A stretch of 59,026 nt of DNA, counting the filler, from Basidioascus undulatus (Eukaryota): NCBI GenBank assembly GCA_000826855.1. It is 4 parts of 4 records of this genome, joined end to end, with 100 filler letters (N's around TTAATTAATTAA, not from the genome) between each part and the next. Parts side by side here need not be neighbours in the genome. Positions count along the whole stretch, not along the records: positions 39,656 to 49,299 come from JTLS01001230.1; positions 49,400 to 59,026 come from JTLS01001232.1; 2 more parts are not named here. One strand, written 5' to 3'. The translations under genes and the position numbers were made by a program. The notes under the pieces are model-generated. The model had not been told where the DNA came from, did not search any database, and saw nothing but the letters and a program-made list of their open reading frames with translations. Of the stretch, positions 48,720 through 59,026 are shown piece by piece. Position 1 is the stretch's first letter; the number at the start of each line of letters is the position of its first letter.

Positions 48720-48747
48720 TGTGTGCGTGTGTGTGTGTGTGTGTGTG
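48720..48747. repeat. (TG)n microsatellite
   Basis: Read directly. Confidence 0.9.
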
Positions 48748-49144
48748 ATGCGAGCGTGCTTGTGTGCGGGTGCGGATATGTGGGGTATGCGGGTGTTGTT
48801 GTGGAGCGTGCAAGAGATGAGTGTGAATGTTGGGTGTGCGGAGATGGAGAGATCAAGACGAGGAGGGGTGATGGAGATAGACAGATATGGCCCTACGCGC
48901 TGCGGTGTGCAGCGGGCCTTTGGGGTGGCGCGGCGGCTGACGCTGGGCGACTCGGAAAGCGGCGAAGTTTTGGATGCTGTGCGATGTGCTTGCAGTCGGG
49001 TACGGTGTGAAACGGTTCGAAGCGAGTGAAGTCGTGAAGTCGAAGTCGTCGTCAATGTAGAAGAGGGCTAGTCAAGCGAATTGCATCAGCCAGCCTTCAC
49101 CTCAAACACCCCAGAGCAAACAGTGGAACGGGAGACGCACCCGC

Positions 49145-49299
49145 TCAGAAAGCCCCCGCATCAAAGCTGCCCCGAAGCATGCGCTCGCCCATCGGGCTGA
49201 CCTTGCGCTTGTTGCCGGGCGAGCCGGGCCCTAGCGAGTCGCTCTTGCGCCGCACGCGCCCTCGCCCGCGCCGCCCGGCCTGCGGCGGGGTCGGCGCCT
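49145..49299 (-). CDS. C-terminal fragment of an unidentified protein (5' part in gap); not chorismate synthase
   Basis: ..GEGVRRKSDSLGPGSPGNKRKVSPMGERMLRGSFDAGAF*, followed by a GTGCGT..TAG intron in the 3' UTR. Confidence 0.55.
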
Positions 49300-49399
49300 N
49301 NNNNNNNNNNNNNNNNNNNNNNNNNNNNNNNNNNNNNNNNNNNTTAATTAATTAANNNNNNNNNNNNNNNNNNNNNNNNNNNNNNNNNNNNNNNNNNNN
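49300..49399. other. Assembly gap with TTAATTAATTAA linker
   Basis: N run with linker. Confidence 0.98.
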
Positions 49400-49682
49400 A
49401 GAGTGGGGGGAAGGGAAGGGGATGGGACGGACGGGAGTGGTGAGGTTGGACTGGCCCGGGCGGCGGCGGGAGAGCTGGGTCTGGATATCAGCTTCAACGA
49501 GAGGGAGGCCCTGCGATAACCCCCAAGCAAAGCGATGGGTCAGAGTCTCAAAGCATGGATCGAAGGAAGAGAGAAGGCAGTCGTCTGCGCACAGGAGGGA
49601 CGCCGTCGACGATGCAGCCAACCGACTTGCAGTGCGACTCGCCGTACGTCGTGACGCGGAAGAGCGTGCCGAATGTCGACAT
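49400..49682 (-). CDS. ARO2: Chorismate synthase, first two exons only (rest lost in gap)
   Basis: [56 protein letters not shown]. Confidence 0.97.
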
Positions 49683-49932
49683 TTTAGGTTCACAAAATAA
49701 AGAAAGGGAGGAGGAGGGGATGAGGATGAGGAGAACGGAGGAAGACACCAGGGGAGAGAGAAGATCGGTGAGTCCGCGCTCGAAATGCGCCGGGTGCATT
49801 TTCCGACGGTCCGAATCGCCCGAGCAGGCCAAGGGGCAATCCGTGCAGCTGCTTGCGCTCCATCTTCCCCCCGCTCTTGCTCGCGACCACCCACGATCAA
49901 CACTCTTCTTCCTCACCCCCCTCACACACGCA

Positions 49933-50755
49933 ATGCCGCCTTCCCACAACAGCGCCGGAGCAGCCTCCAACGGCGCCCACGCGTCGACCTCAACGAGCAA
50001 CCATGCCCACGGCCACGGCAAGGGCCGGGCATCGCTCCCCCCGCCCGCGCCGCCCCTCCCCGCAGAGTACGCTTCCTCCACCCGCGTAAAGCGCAAGCGC
50101 GTCGACGACCCGCATAGCAAGTCTGGTGGGCTGTCTAGCACGCCCAGGGGAGGCGCGGGCCAGGGCCAGCAGAATGGGGTAGGGAGCAATACGGTGGTGC
50201 GTTCGCGTCTTCCCTGGGAGAGTAGAGGGAGGCGGGCCGCTGATGTGTTTGCTGTGGGAACCAGCAACTGGACCTCTCCGACCTCCCCCCCTCCGCAATC
50301 CACAAGTACATCGCAATCCATTCCCTCGCCCCGCACCTCCCGCCCGTCCCAAAGACCTCCACCGCCTCCGCGACGCTCCCCTTCTCCCTGCGCGCCTCTC
50401 CCCCGCCCCCGCCGGCGGACCCGCAGCCGACGCTCTCCGCCGCGGGGCGCCCCGTGCGCGGGACGGGTGCGGACGCGTCGGAGCGGGAGGATGTCGACTA
50501 CTGGGGCGCGGGCGACGAGGAGGAGGAGGCAATCCTTGCGGACCGGCACGAGGTGCATGGGTTGCTTAGTGGGATCGTGGAGAGGCATTATCGGGAACAG
50601 CAGATTAAAGAGGTCGAGACTGTTGTGAGCTTTGTTTATGCGCTGAAGGCGAAGGGTGCGTGGGCTTCCTTCCTCCCCCTCCCTCCGCCCGAGATCATGG
50701 CCTAACGCACCTCCCATCCGCAGATCGCGCCCTCAAAGTCGTTCCGCCTCAATAA
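49933..50755 (+). CDS. SAP30: SAP30-like histone deacetylase complex subunit (Sin3-binding domain)
   Basis: [14 protein letters not shown] and C-terminal [28 protein letters not shown] fit the SAP30 Sin3-binding pattern; basic NLS-like KRKR; two introns. Confidence 0.75.
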
Positions 50756-51294
50756 ACTCCCATTACCCCTCCCCTGCTCGTCTCGTCCGCATACATCTAC
50801 CCGAATCTGCCTCGCGTCCACCGGCCACCCGCGTGCAGCCGGGCGGCCCCTCCGCGGACGCCGTCCGCCCACCGGTTGCTAAGGGCAACCTTCTCCTTTC
50901 CCCTTTCTCTCTCCCTTCGCATCGGGCCTCTTTATCAGAACATTCAAAACGCAAACGAAACCAAACGCGCCCATTATTCCACGGGCTGAGGCGTTCCACT
51001 CATTTCACGCCCCTGCCCTGCCCTCGGCTTCGCACCCCTCACCTCTCGCTCGCTCGCTGGACTCGCTCGACGCAGCCCTCCTCAACTCGCCCTCTCACCC
51101 CCTCATCTCCCAAACGTACTCACCCCCCGAAAGCAGGTCTTTCTCGCTCTCCCCCCTTTCTCGCTCCCCCTTTTCCATCTTCGCAAGGGGTCGATCCCCG
51201 CCCACCGCTCGCGCGCATCGCCGCTCTTTCACTGCACCCTTCGCCGCAGCTCTCCTCCACACCATCCCCTCTCCGTAAAGAACACGATAGCAAC

Positions 51295-53599
51295 ATGCGC
51301 TTCCCCACCACTACAACCATCCTCTTCGCAGTTCTAATCACCGCCGCTGTCCCGCAGCGCGGGGGGCGACAGAGTGCGTCTCCCTCGCGCTTTCTCTTGA
51401 CGGTCAGAGCGTGGAAAGAGAAGACGGCTGATGCGTGGAGATGGGACAGATGGAGGCGGGAACCAGGGAGGGAACAACAGGAACAATGGGAACAATGGGG
51501 GCGGCGGGAACAACAACAATGGTGGGGTTTCTTTCTTTGTTTTCATCATGGAGGAGAGAGCGCTGCTGATATAAATGTGGAACGGAACGAAACGACAGAC
51601 CCCCAGCGGTCCCTAACGCTCGACCCGGCCGTCGTCCGTACGTCCCCGCCCCCCCCTGCCCCTTGCCTTGTCCAACCCGCTGCAGGCTGTGGGGAAAACC
51701 TTGATCTAACGGCGGGAGGTTGGTTTGCGACAGAGCCGGGGCTGAAACAAGGTGCGCTTTCCACTTCCGCCCATGCGAGGACGGAGTGAAGAGCTGACGA
51801 GGTTGAATGCGTGGGTGCGTGGGTAGACGGCCAGCAAGGCGGTGGCGAAGCGGGCCAAGTCCCGTCCCTCACGTCCGAAAACAACTTTATCGTGCATCTC
51901 TTCCCCTTTCCTCCCGTTCTTCTCCCGTTCCCTCCTCCCTCTTCCCCTCCTCCCTACCCCTCTCCTTATCCCTTCCTCGACCTCCTCCGTTCCCTGCTTT
52001 CGAGGTGCTGATGTGGGAATGGGGGTGAAAGAACTTCTGCCTCACCCAGCCCGACCTACCCCTCACCAACGGCCAGCAAGTCAAGGACGGGAGCTGCAAC
52101 CAGACGCCGATCGGCGTCGTCGCGGCGCAGAGCAAGATGCCGAGCTGCAAGTTCGTGCGTCCCCACCTGTCTTCCTCTGCCCCTCCACCACTCCCGCTTC
52201 CTCCGCTTCCTCGAGCTTGCCCCATTTTCGCAATGTGCGGAAGTGCGGGGTCCTGACTCGGTCGGGCGCGCGGCGGGGACAACAAGTGAACCGGAAGAAC
52301 GGGGGGACGATCGTGCGTCTTCTACGGTGGGGACGTGAAAGGAGGAAGAAAAGGCAAAGTGCCGAGAAGATGGACGGTTGTACAGCCGTCCAACCAGGAC
52401 TTCACGATCCAGATGGCGGTGAAGAATCTGCAGACGGGGAACTTCGTGAAGTGGGTCCTTCTTTCGTCGTCCCCACTCCCCCCTCATCCGGGCGGTGCTT
52501 TTGTATCGCACTGCATCACAATGCATTGCTTCGCGTTCCATCGCCTCCCACCGCCTCCTCACCACTCCCCGTCACTTCCTCATCTCTCGCCATCGCGTCT
52601 TACCCCCCCCCCAAATCGCCTCCCCATCCCTCCCAAGCATCCACACAACGTCAACTGACCTCCCTGACCCTTCAACAGCCCTCAAACTAATTACTTTGCG
52701 GGTGAAAATTTCGATTATGTGACGAATACGAGATTAGGACAACTGAAACTCCGCTTGCATCTATCTGTCAGGTCCCCAGACGGTTGCGAATGACGGCACG
52801 ATCATCGGTCAGTCCTCTCCCTCCCGCCCTTTCTTTGTCCGAGCTTGCGCTGTATCTGACAAACCCACCGCGACGCGCAGGTCATTCTCACGTCGTCGAA
52901 AAGATCGCGTCGATGGACTCCATCGAGCCTCTGAACCCTCAACAGTTCGCGTACGCCCCTGCCCTGTCTCCACTGCCATCGAACCGCTCTGTGCTGCGCC
53001 CTGACGCAGCGGCCAGGGGCGGGGACAGGTTTTTCAAGGGCCTGAACGAGGCAGCGCAAGGCGGGCAGCTGCGCGCGGACGTGGCGGGCGGGCTGCCGGC
53101 TGGAACTTATGTGAGTTTGCCTCTGTGCGCCAGAGATGCGAAGGATAATAGGATTCCTGAACTTCGACCTTTGTTTCGAACAGCGGATGTGCAGCATCAA
53201 CAGCTCGGCGAACCACCAGCCTGTGATCGTCGCGGTGCGTTTGGCCTGTTGTCTGGCAGCGTCTTCGCGAGAGCTGACGGACAGAGGGAATGCAGTCGCC
53301 CAACATGGTTCCTTGGACGACTGCGTCTACGTGAGTCTGGCAGTGCAGCTTAGCGTTCATCCCTACCCACTCCATCTTCTGCGGGCCAAGCTGACGCACT
53401 CTGCGCTGCGGGGATGTAGTTCACTTCCGAGAACGGCGGCGGCAACAATAACGGCAACAACAACGGCAACGAGAACAACAACAACAACAATCAGCAGCAG
53501 CAGCAGGCGGAGCAGCAGCGTCAACAGCAGCAGCAGCAGGGCGGTGGGCGCGGGCGCGGGCGCGGGCGCTTCGGCCAAGGGCGCTTTGGTCGATTCTGA
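51295..53599 (+). CDS. Secreted Cys-containing fungal protein (conserved family often auto-labelled 'ribosomal protein S17') with N/G-rich and N/Q/RG-rich tails
   Basis: Signal peptide MRFPTTTTILFAVLITAAVP; DPQRSLTLDP..SLTSENNFI|NFC..TNGQQVKDGSCNQTPIG..MPSCKF..GHSHVV..FFKGLN..GGLPAGTY|RMCSINSSANHQP..QHGSLDDCVY|FT. Confidence 0.85.
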
Positions 53600-54481
53600 T
53601 CGGTCCCATCCCCGCGTCTCTCATTGCCTCCCTCGTCCTCCCTCCTTCGGCACCGGTTGTCTTGACTCGTCGCTGCGTGACGCGTTCTTTGCCTTGTTTC
53701 CGTTTGTGCCTGTAACGCCTTTCCGTATCTTGTACTTTCATGAGACGTCCTGCTGCGCCGGGTGCGTGGGGGACTGTAATCTTACGACGCTTGAGCCTGA
53801 GCTTAAGTTTGAGTGTGCGAAGAGTGGTGTGGTTGACTTGAAACGGCGGAAAGAGAGTGGACGTGAGTTCGGGGCGAGGGTAGACACCCACCCGTAAACG
53901 CGCACAAATGAATGAAGACTACGTTCACAGCGAGTTTCAAGGCTATATAAAAGCGAAAACGCGCCTGCGCATGAATGGAAACGCCCCTCCAACCCGTAGA
54001 GGAGCAGTACCTCATACATGCAAGTATCGCGGGTGATGCATAGCGTGTCACTCGAGGACTATCCGCAGCGACGCGAGGGTGCGCTGCGTGTGACTCGCAC
54101 GCTTGAAAGGGACGACGACGACGAGACGTACGTGGAAGCGCGATGAGCATTGTGTCAGTGGAGACAGGTATCCAATGAAGCGACGGAATGTCATATGAAG
54201 ACTCCGAGCGGAGTGGACGCGAACTGTGAACTGGCGCCTGGCCATCACGCCCGCAACGATGTGGGCGGCGAGGACTTCAGCCTCTTGCGTGTAAGCTGTT
54301 AGAGAGCCAAGTGCGCAGCTGTGCGACGGGAAGCGATCGAGAGGGACTTGGGGGATGCGAAGTTCCGACGAGGAAGCGCTGTTGCGGGCACCGGCTCTCC
54401 GCCCGCTGAGTCTATAGACAGGCCAAGCTCTCGTCCTCTGCTGTAAGTCTAAGTGGACGCCAATCCCGAAATGTGTCTATT

Positions 54482-55707
54482 CTATGCGTGCCCCTCATCA
54501 TCCTTGGCCGGCGCCGTCCCCTGCTCATGCTCTAGCTGCTCAAAACGCCGCACCCTCGCCTGTACGACAGGCCATGTCAGCCTCGCCTTGCCGGAAGGAC
54601 GCGATTTGCATAGGGGCACGCACCTCCAGCGTCTCTAGGTAGTGGTCCCGACTCTCCGGGCATAGCAGCCGCACGTGCTTGACGAGGTTGTAGAGATACT
54701 CCTGCGAAGTTGGGACGTGGATGGTGGGATATCGTCAGCAGTAGGAATTAGGGGCGGGGTCGAAGAGTGGAATGGTGGGAAAAGGACGCCTGCTCACCCT
54801 GTTGGGGCCGGATGGGCCGGCATGCGTGAGGATGTGCCGCGCGAGCTGGTCGAGCGGCTCGGGCCCGACGAACGCCGGGTTGTCGAGCCTGCCGACATAG
54901 ATCTGCCAGATCTCAATTATGAGCCTGGACAGGCTCAGCATGTCGGGTCTGAACTGTCAAGAGACGCACGAGAACCTTGTGATTATTTGAACCTGTCAGA
55001 GAGTTGGTACGAGCTGACGCTGAGGAATATTGACGCACATCGCGGAAGATGACCTGCTCCTTCCCATCCACCATCCCGTACACGTCTACCCTGTCTTCTG
55101 AGTACCCGTTCTTCTCCCGGTAGTCTGCGCGCCCACCAGTCCTGTCAGTCTCCCCTCCCTCGCCCGTGTTCGTTCTCTCCACATGCACCCAGGTACGCCT
55201 TGACCTGTGAAAATGCACTGGACCATGAGTAACACTGATGTATTAGAGTCAAAAAAGCATGGAACGAACCTCAACTGTTTTCTCCCTGTCGATTTCGTAC
55301 ACCGTGCCCCACACCGTCTGGTCCTCCGGGAATGCGTCCGCCGCGCCAGCCGGATGCGTCGCCGCAAACTCGTTCCATTCGTTCGCGTGAATGATCGTCA
55401 CCACGCGCCCTGGGTCTTCGGGCGTGCCGCGGTGGTCGTTTGAGGACTGCCTGGAGGGGGCGTCAGTCCCGGCAGACCGGGAGGGGGGGGAAAGAAGGCA
55501 GAGAGGAACGCACGCGAAGCGCCGTGCGAAACCTTTGATGTAGCCGACGTGCCGTGCTACAGCGTGAGGGGGGGCCTGGAGGGTTGTATCCACCGCGTGA
55601 GCAAGTGTGAGCAGACTGAAGCGTCCGTTTGAGAAGCCATCGAGGACCGAGTGCACCTTGAAGATCAGACTCCCGTAGCCAAAAACTCTCAGCGGCTCCC
55701 CGGACAT
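54482..55707 (-). CDS. GCG1: ChaC-family glutathione-specific gamma-glutamylcyclotransferase
   Basis: VFGYGSLIFK, GFARRFA|QSSNDHRGTPEDPGRVVT, L|DYREKNGY, NPAFVGP, GPSGPNR|EYLYNL. Confidence 0.96.
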
Positions 55708-56020
55708 GATTATGTGGTATTCGAGGCAAATATTTTGTAAGTCCGAATGGGAGTGTTATTCCTGGGTGAGTGCAGTGTGGTCGAGCGAGGATGGCGTGGT
55801 CGAAGGCCAAGATGACGACCGGGCTTCGCGCTTCGCACTTAGCGGCGCTTCCATCTCCGGATCCGCGGGCAGACCGGTCAGCGTGTCCCCGCTCGACTTC
55901 GTGCATCTCGGCGAATACATCCAATCTTGATCTGCAACCATCAGCATCTTTCTGGCTTTTATAGACATCAGACCGCATAGAATCACAGTCACTCCCCTCC
56001 GAACCTCCAACGCCAAAGCC

Positions 56021-57733
56021 ATGAAGCAGACTCTCACCGACGCGAGTGTGTCTTGACGTGTCTCCCCCCCTCGAGACCTCCATTAACATGTATCCTTGGG
56101 CGGCAGACTTTCCGCGCACTGCTGAGGGGCGAGTGTATCATGTGGGCATGGGTTTCATCATCATTGCTTATCTGAGCTGACGCCCTATCCCCGTTGCTGT
56201 AGCTCGGCTTGAAGGCCGGCGAAGTCGCAAACCGGATCGTGACGGTGGGCGATCCTGCGCGGGCTCGCACTATTGCGGCCGCGTTTGACGAGCCCCCGTT
56301 CGAGCTCCAGAGCGAGCGCGGATTCGTTACCCTGACTGGACGGTAAGTTGTCTGGCTCCGGCGGGATGGCTCAGCAGCCGTGGTCCTGAAGCAGAAGGAA
56401 CGCCAGGTACAAGGGCGTGCCGATGTCGGTGGTCGCGATAGGGATGGGTTTCAGCGCGATGGACTTCTTCGTGAGTTGTCTCCCTTGTGATATTTATCAT
56501 CTTCTTGTTCAAGACTGGCGGCTTCTCAGGTACGCGAGGTCAGGGCGTGCGTGAGCGGGGACATGATTATTATTCGGTGCGCCCTTCCTCCTCCCCCATC
56601 CGCTGTTATGGTCTTCATACCGAAAATTTTGACATTAATTTACAGCCTGGGATCATGTGGCGCTCTCGACCCGTCTATCCCAGTCGCGTCTGTCATTGCC
56701 CCGAAGGCTTCCGTGCGTCACGTATGCTACACCGCCATCGTTGAGGCAGTCACTCACTACTCTGACAATCAAACAGTGCGCGATTACCTCCAATTACGAC
56801 TACTTCACGCAGGACGACGGCGTCCAGCGCGAGCCGTACCTCATAAGCAAACCCGTCGCTTCGGACGACAAGCTGCACGGCGAGGTTCGCTGTCCCCGCC
56901 GCGTGAAGTGGACAAGCCAGAACGCTCGCTCACAAGCCCCTTCACTCTCTAGCTTCTGTCCAAGCTGCAAGGCCAGACTCCTCCCAGCGTCAACGGCGTC
57001 GTTCTCGGTGACACGGTGAACGCCTCGGCCGATTCGTGCGCATTCTCCGTTCCTGAGCAAGTGCCTCTGCAGAGCTGACGGCGAGTTCTCGCTTGTGGAA
57101 TTGGATGAACAGATTCTACTCCTCGCAAGGGCGCACCGACCCCTCCTTCCTCGACGCGAACGAGACCCTCCTCCAAACGCTGATCAAGCGTGTTCCGGGC
57201 ATCGCCACCCTGGAAGTAAGCAACCTTGTCCTTTCGACCCTAATGACAGCCATTTGGATGCTGAAGCATTCTGCGCTTTCAGATGGAGACGCACCAGCTC
57301 TTCTTCCTCGCCGCGCTCGCCAGGTCAGTCCTCTCCCTCCCTCTCTCCCAGCCCTCCATCCCTAATGTCTTCCTCTTCCCCCGCACAAACAGCCGCGACA
57401 AGCCCCCAACGACCTCCACGTCCTCCAGCCAAGCGCCCGCCTCGTTCGACACGACCGTCAGCCCGCGCGGGACGATCCGCGCCGCGGCGGTGCACATGGT
57501 CTTCGCCGCGCGGGCGAGCCGCGGGTTCATCACGCCCGAGGAGGTGCGGAGCCTGCAGGAGTGGACGGGCCGCGCGGTGTTGGATACGCTGGCGGCGACG
57601 GAGATCGGGAGGGAGGTGAGTCGCGTGACGGCTAAGGGAGCAGAGGTACTGGATGCAGGACGTGGTCGCTGATAGTGGTGAGGCGGCGCAGCAACTTCAC
57701 CCGGAGGAAGACACTGTGTGGGCGAGCAAGTGA
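56021..57733 (+). CDS. Uridine/purine nucleoside phosphorylase (PNP_UDP_1 family)
   Basis: GRVYH|LG..IVTVGDPARA..RGFVTLTGRYKGVPMSVVAIGMG..IIR|LGSCG..FYSSQGR..LE|MET; ends VWASK*. Confidence 0.95.
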
Positions 57734-59026
57734 GGCGTCAAGAGAGATGGCTGTCAGAATATAGAGCGCGACCATCGCTGCGATCAAACGGTGATAATTT
57801 CAAGTGCTTGCGAGAACGACCCGGGCGGCCGCGCGATGCTTGCGACGGTCTGACAAGTCTGCCTGGATGAACGTCGGCGCATCTTCGCCGCGATTCATCA
57901 CGCCGCTCGAAGTTTTCCCTCCAATGATGTAGTTCTTAGACATCGATGATGTCGCTTCAGGAAGCGAACAGGTCAAATTGCAGACTCAGCAGACAAACGC
58001 AGTCGAGACAACATGTTAAAACAGTAGATCATGGGAGATGGCCGCGAGGCGATACAAGCCGACTACAAGAGAAGGTGAAGCACATAATTGACGGACAATT
58101 TTTGCAGAAGTCTTACAACGATCGCTTCATATGCGTACAAGTACAGCAATCAACAGCGAGTCCCGTCCGAGTTCGGAAGAAATGCAGCCGTAGAAAGACA
58201 GAAAGCGACATCTACAGGAGGAAATGGTCCATTGTTCGCAAGTGCTCAGACATCAGAGAGAGGGACAAGGTCCATGGAAACCGTAGCTCATGCTACGCCC
58301 GCGTCCCAGGCAGAGAGCGTGGGCCTGCGGGTGGAAGCCACAGGTGCACCGCAAAGAACGCCGAGGAGGTACGGGCCGAGGTAGGTGTCAAGCGTACTCT
58401 CGTACATCGCCGGCTCGAACTTGCACGAAGCGAGGCCCTCAGTGTGTACTTCGAGAATGGGCAGTGTCATAAATAAGGGCAGTGTCATCAACAGCTCGGA
58501 AGTCGTCGACTATCTGTTCAAGTAGCCTGCAACTCGCAACCACACACAATCATTGAACAAAGGAGAAGTCTCTTGAAAGAGTATTAGATACCACCAGGAC
58601 GCGAATGTGCAGCAACCGCGCATCCGCATCCAGCGGACGGGGGGGATGCCACAAGCTGAAACGCGGTGCACGATGGAGTTCAAAACGCTGATCGATCACC
58701 TTGCCTCCAGGCTAGATGGCGTAATACGTCGAGAAACGCAGAAATACATTGTTACAAAGAGTGCAAAACACGCTGGACGAGGGGCACCTGTACGGAATGC
58801 GGAAAGGCTGCGAATGCTGTTGCTGTGCTACAAGGAGGACGAGAGTGCCGAAAGAGGAAGGGGGAACAATGCGATAGGGTGCGAATTCTATGCGAGAGAC
58901 AGTGTTTCGAGAGAAAAGATGCTGCGAAAGGAGGAATGCTGCGAGAGAAAGATACTAAGAAAGGAAGAAATACTGCGAAGAGACGTATGAGCATCATAGC
59001 TTTGAAAAAGTAGTGTGAGGCACGCA

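Noticed and set aside
49548..51789. Long ORFs in the track (389, 357 and 377 aa)
   Set aside because: Shadow frames of GC-rich sequence that run through promoters and introns of ARO2, SAP30-like and the secreted protein gene.
1..59026. CRISPR arrays, rRNA, prokaryotic operons or defence systems
   Set aside because: The sequence is intron-rich fungal DNA; no regularly spaced repeat array or rRNA-like sequence was seen.

Overview
This is eukaryotic fungal DNA: GC-rich, densely interrupted by short GT(G/A)NGT..CT(G/A)AC..YAG introns, and consistent with a basidiomycete, probably Pucciniomycotina (inference from intron style and protein similarity). Three 100-nt N gaps carry an artificial TTAATTAATTAA linker. 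Gene families below were recognised by eye from spliced translations; no database search was run. In order: TMEM170-like protein, an alpha/beta-hydrolase remnant, a GPI-anchored protein, a Zn2Cys6 factor, TAD3, ORC6, a cluster of decayed Mug135/DUF1773-like genes, STIMATE/YPL162C-like protein, an unknown membrane protein, GSK3, an alpha/beta hydrolase, a GH95 alpha-fucosidase, RPL26, a conserved membrane protein, a sugar porter divergently paired with a PhyH-like dioxygenase, CTF8, ARO2 (cut by a gap), a SAP30-like protein, a secreted Cys-containing protein with N/Q/RG tails, ChaC and a uridine/purine nucleoside phosphorylase. The best leads are three. (1) At 12.5-17 kb, a cluster of paralogous, frameshifted Mug135/Tdk1-like modules, possibly relics of a meiotic-driver family. 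(2) A multi-intron transcript with no real ORF, divergent from RPL26. (3) An inverted, mutated copy of part of the sugar-porter gene next to a repeat-bounded, TE-like segment. Exon boundaries are manual predictions.
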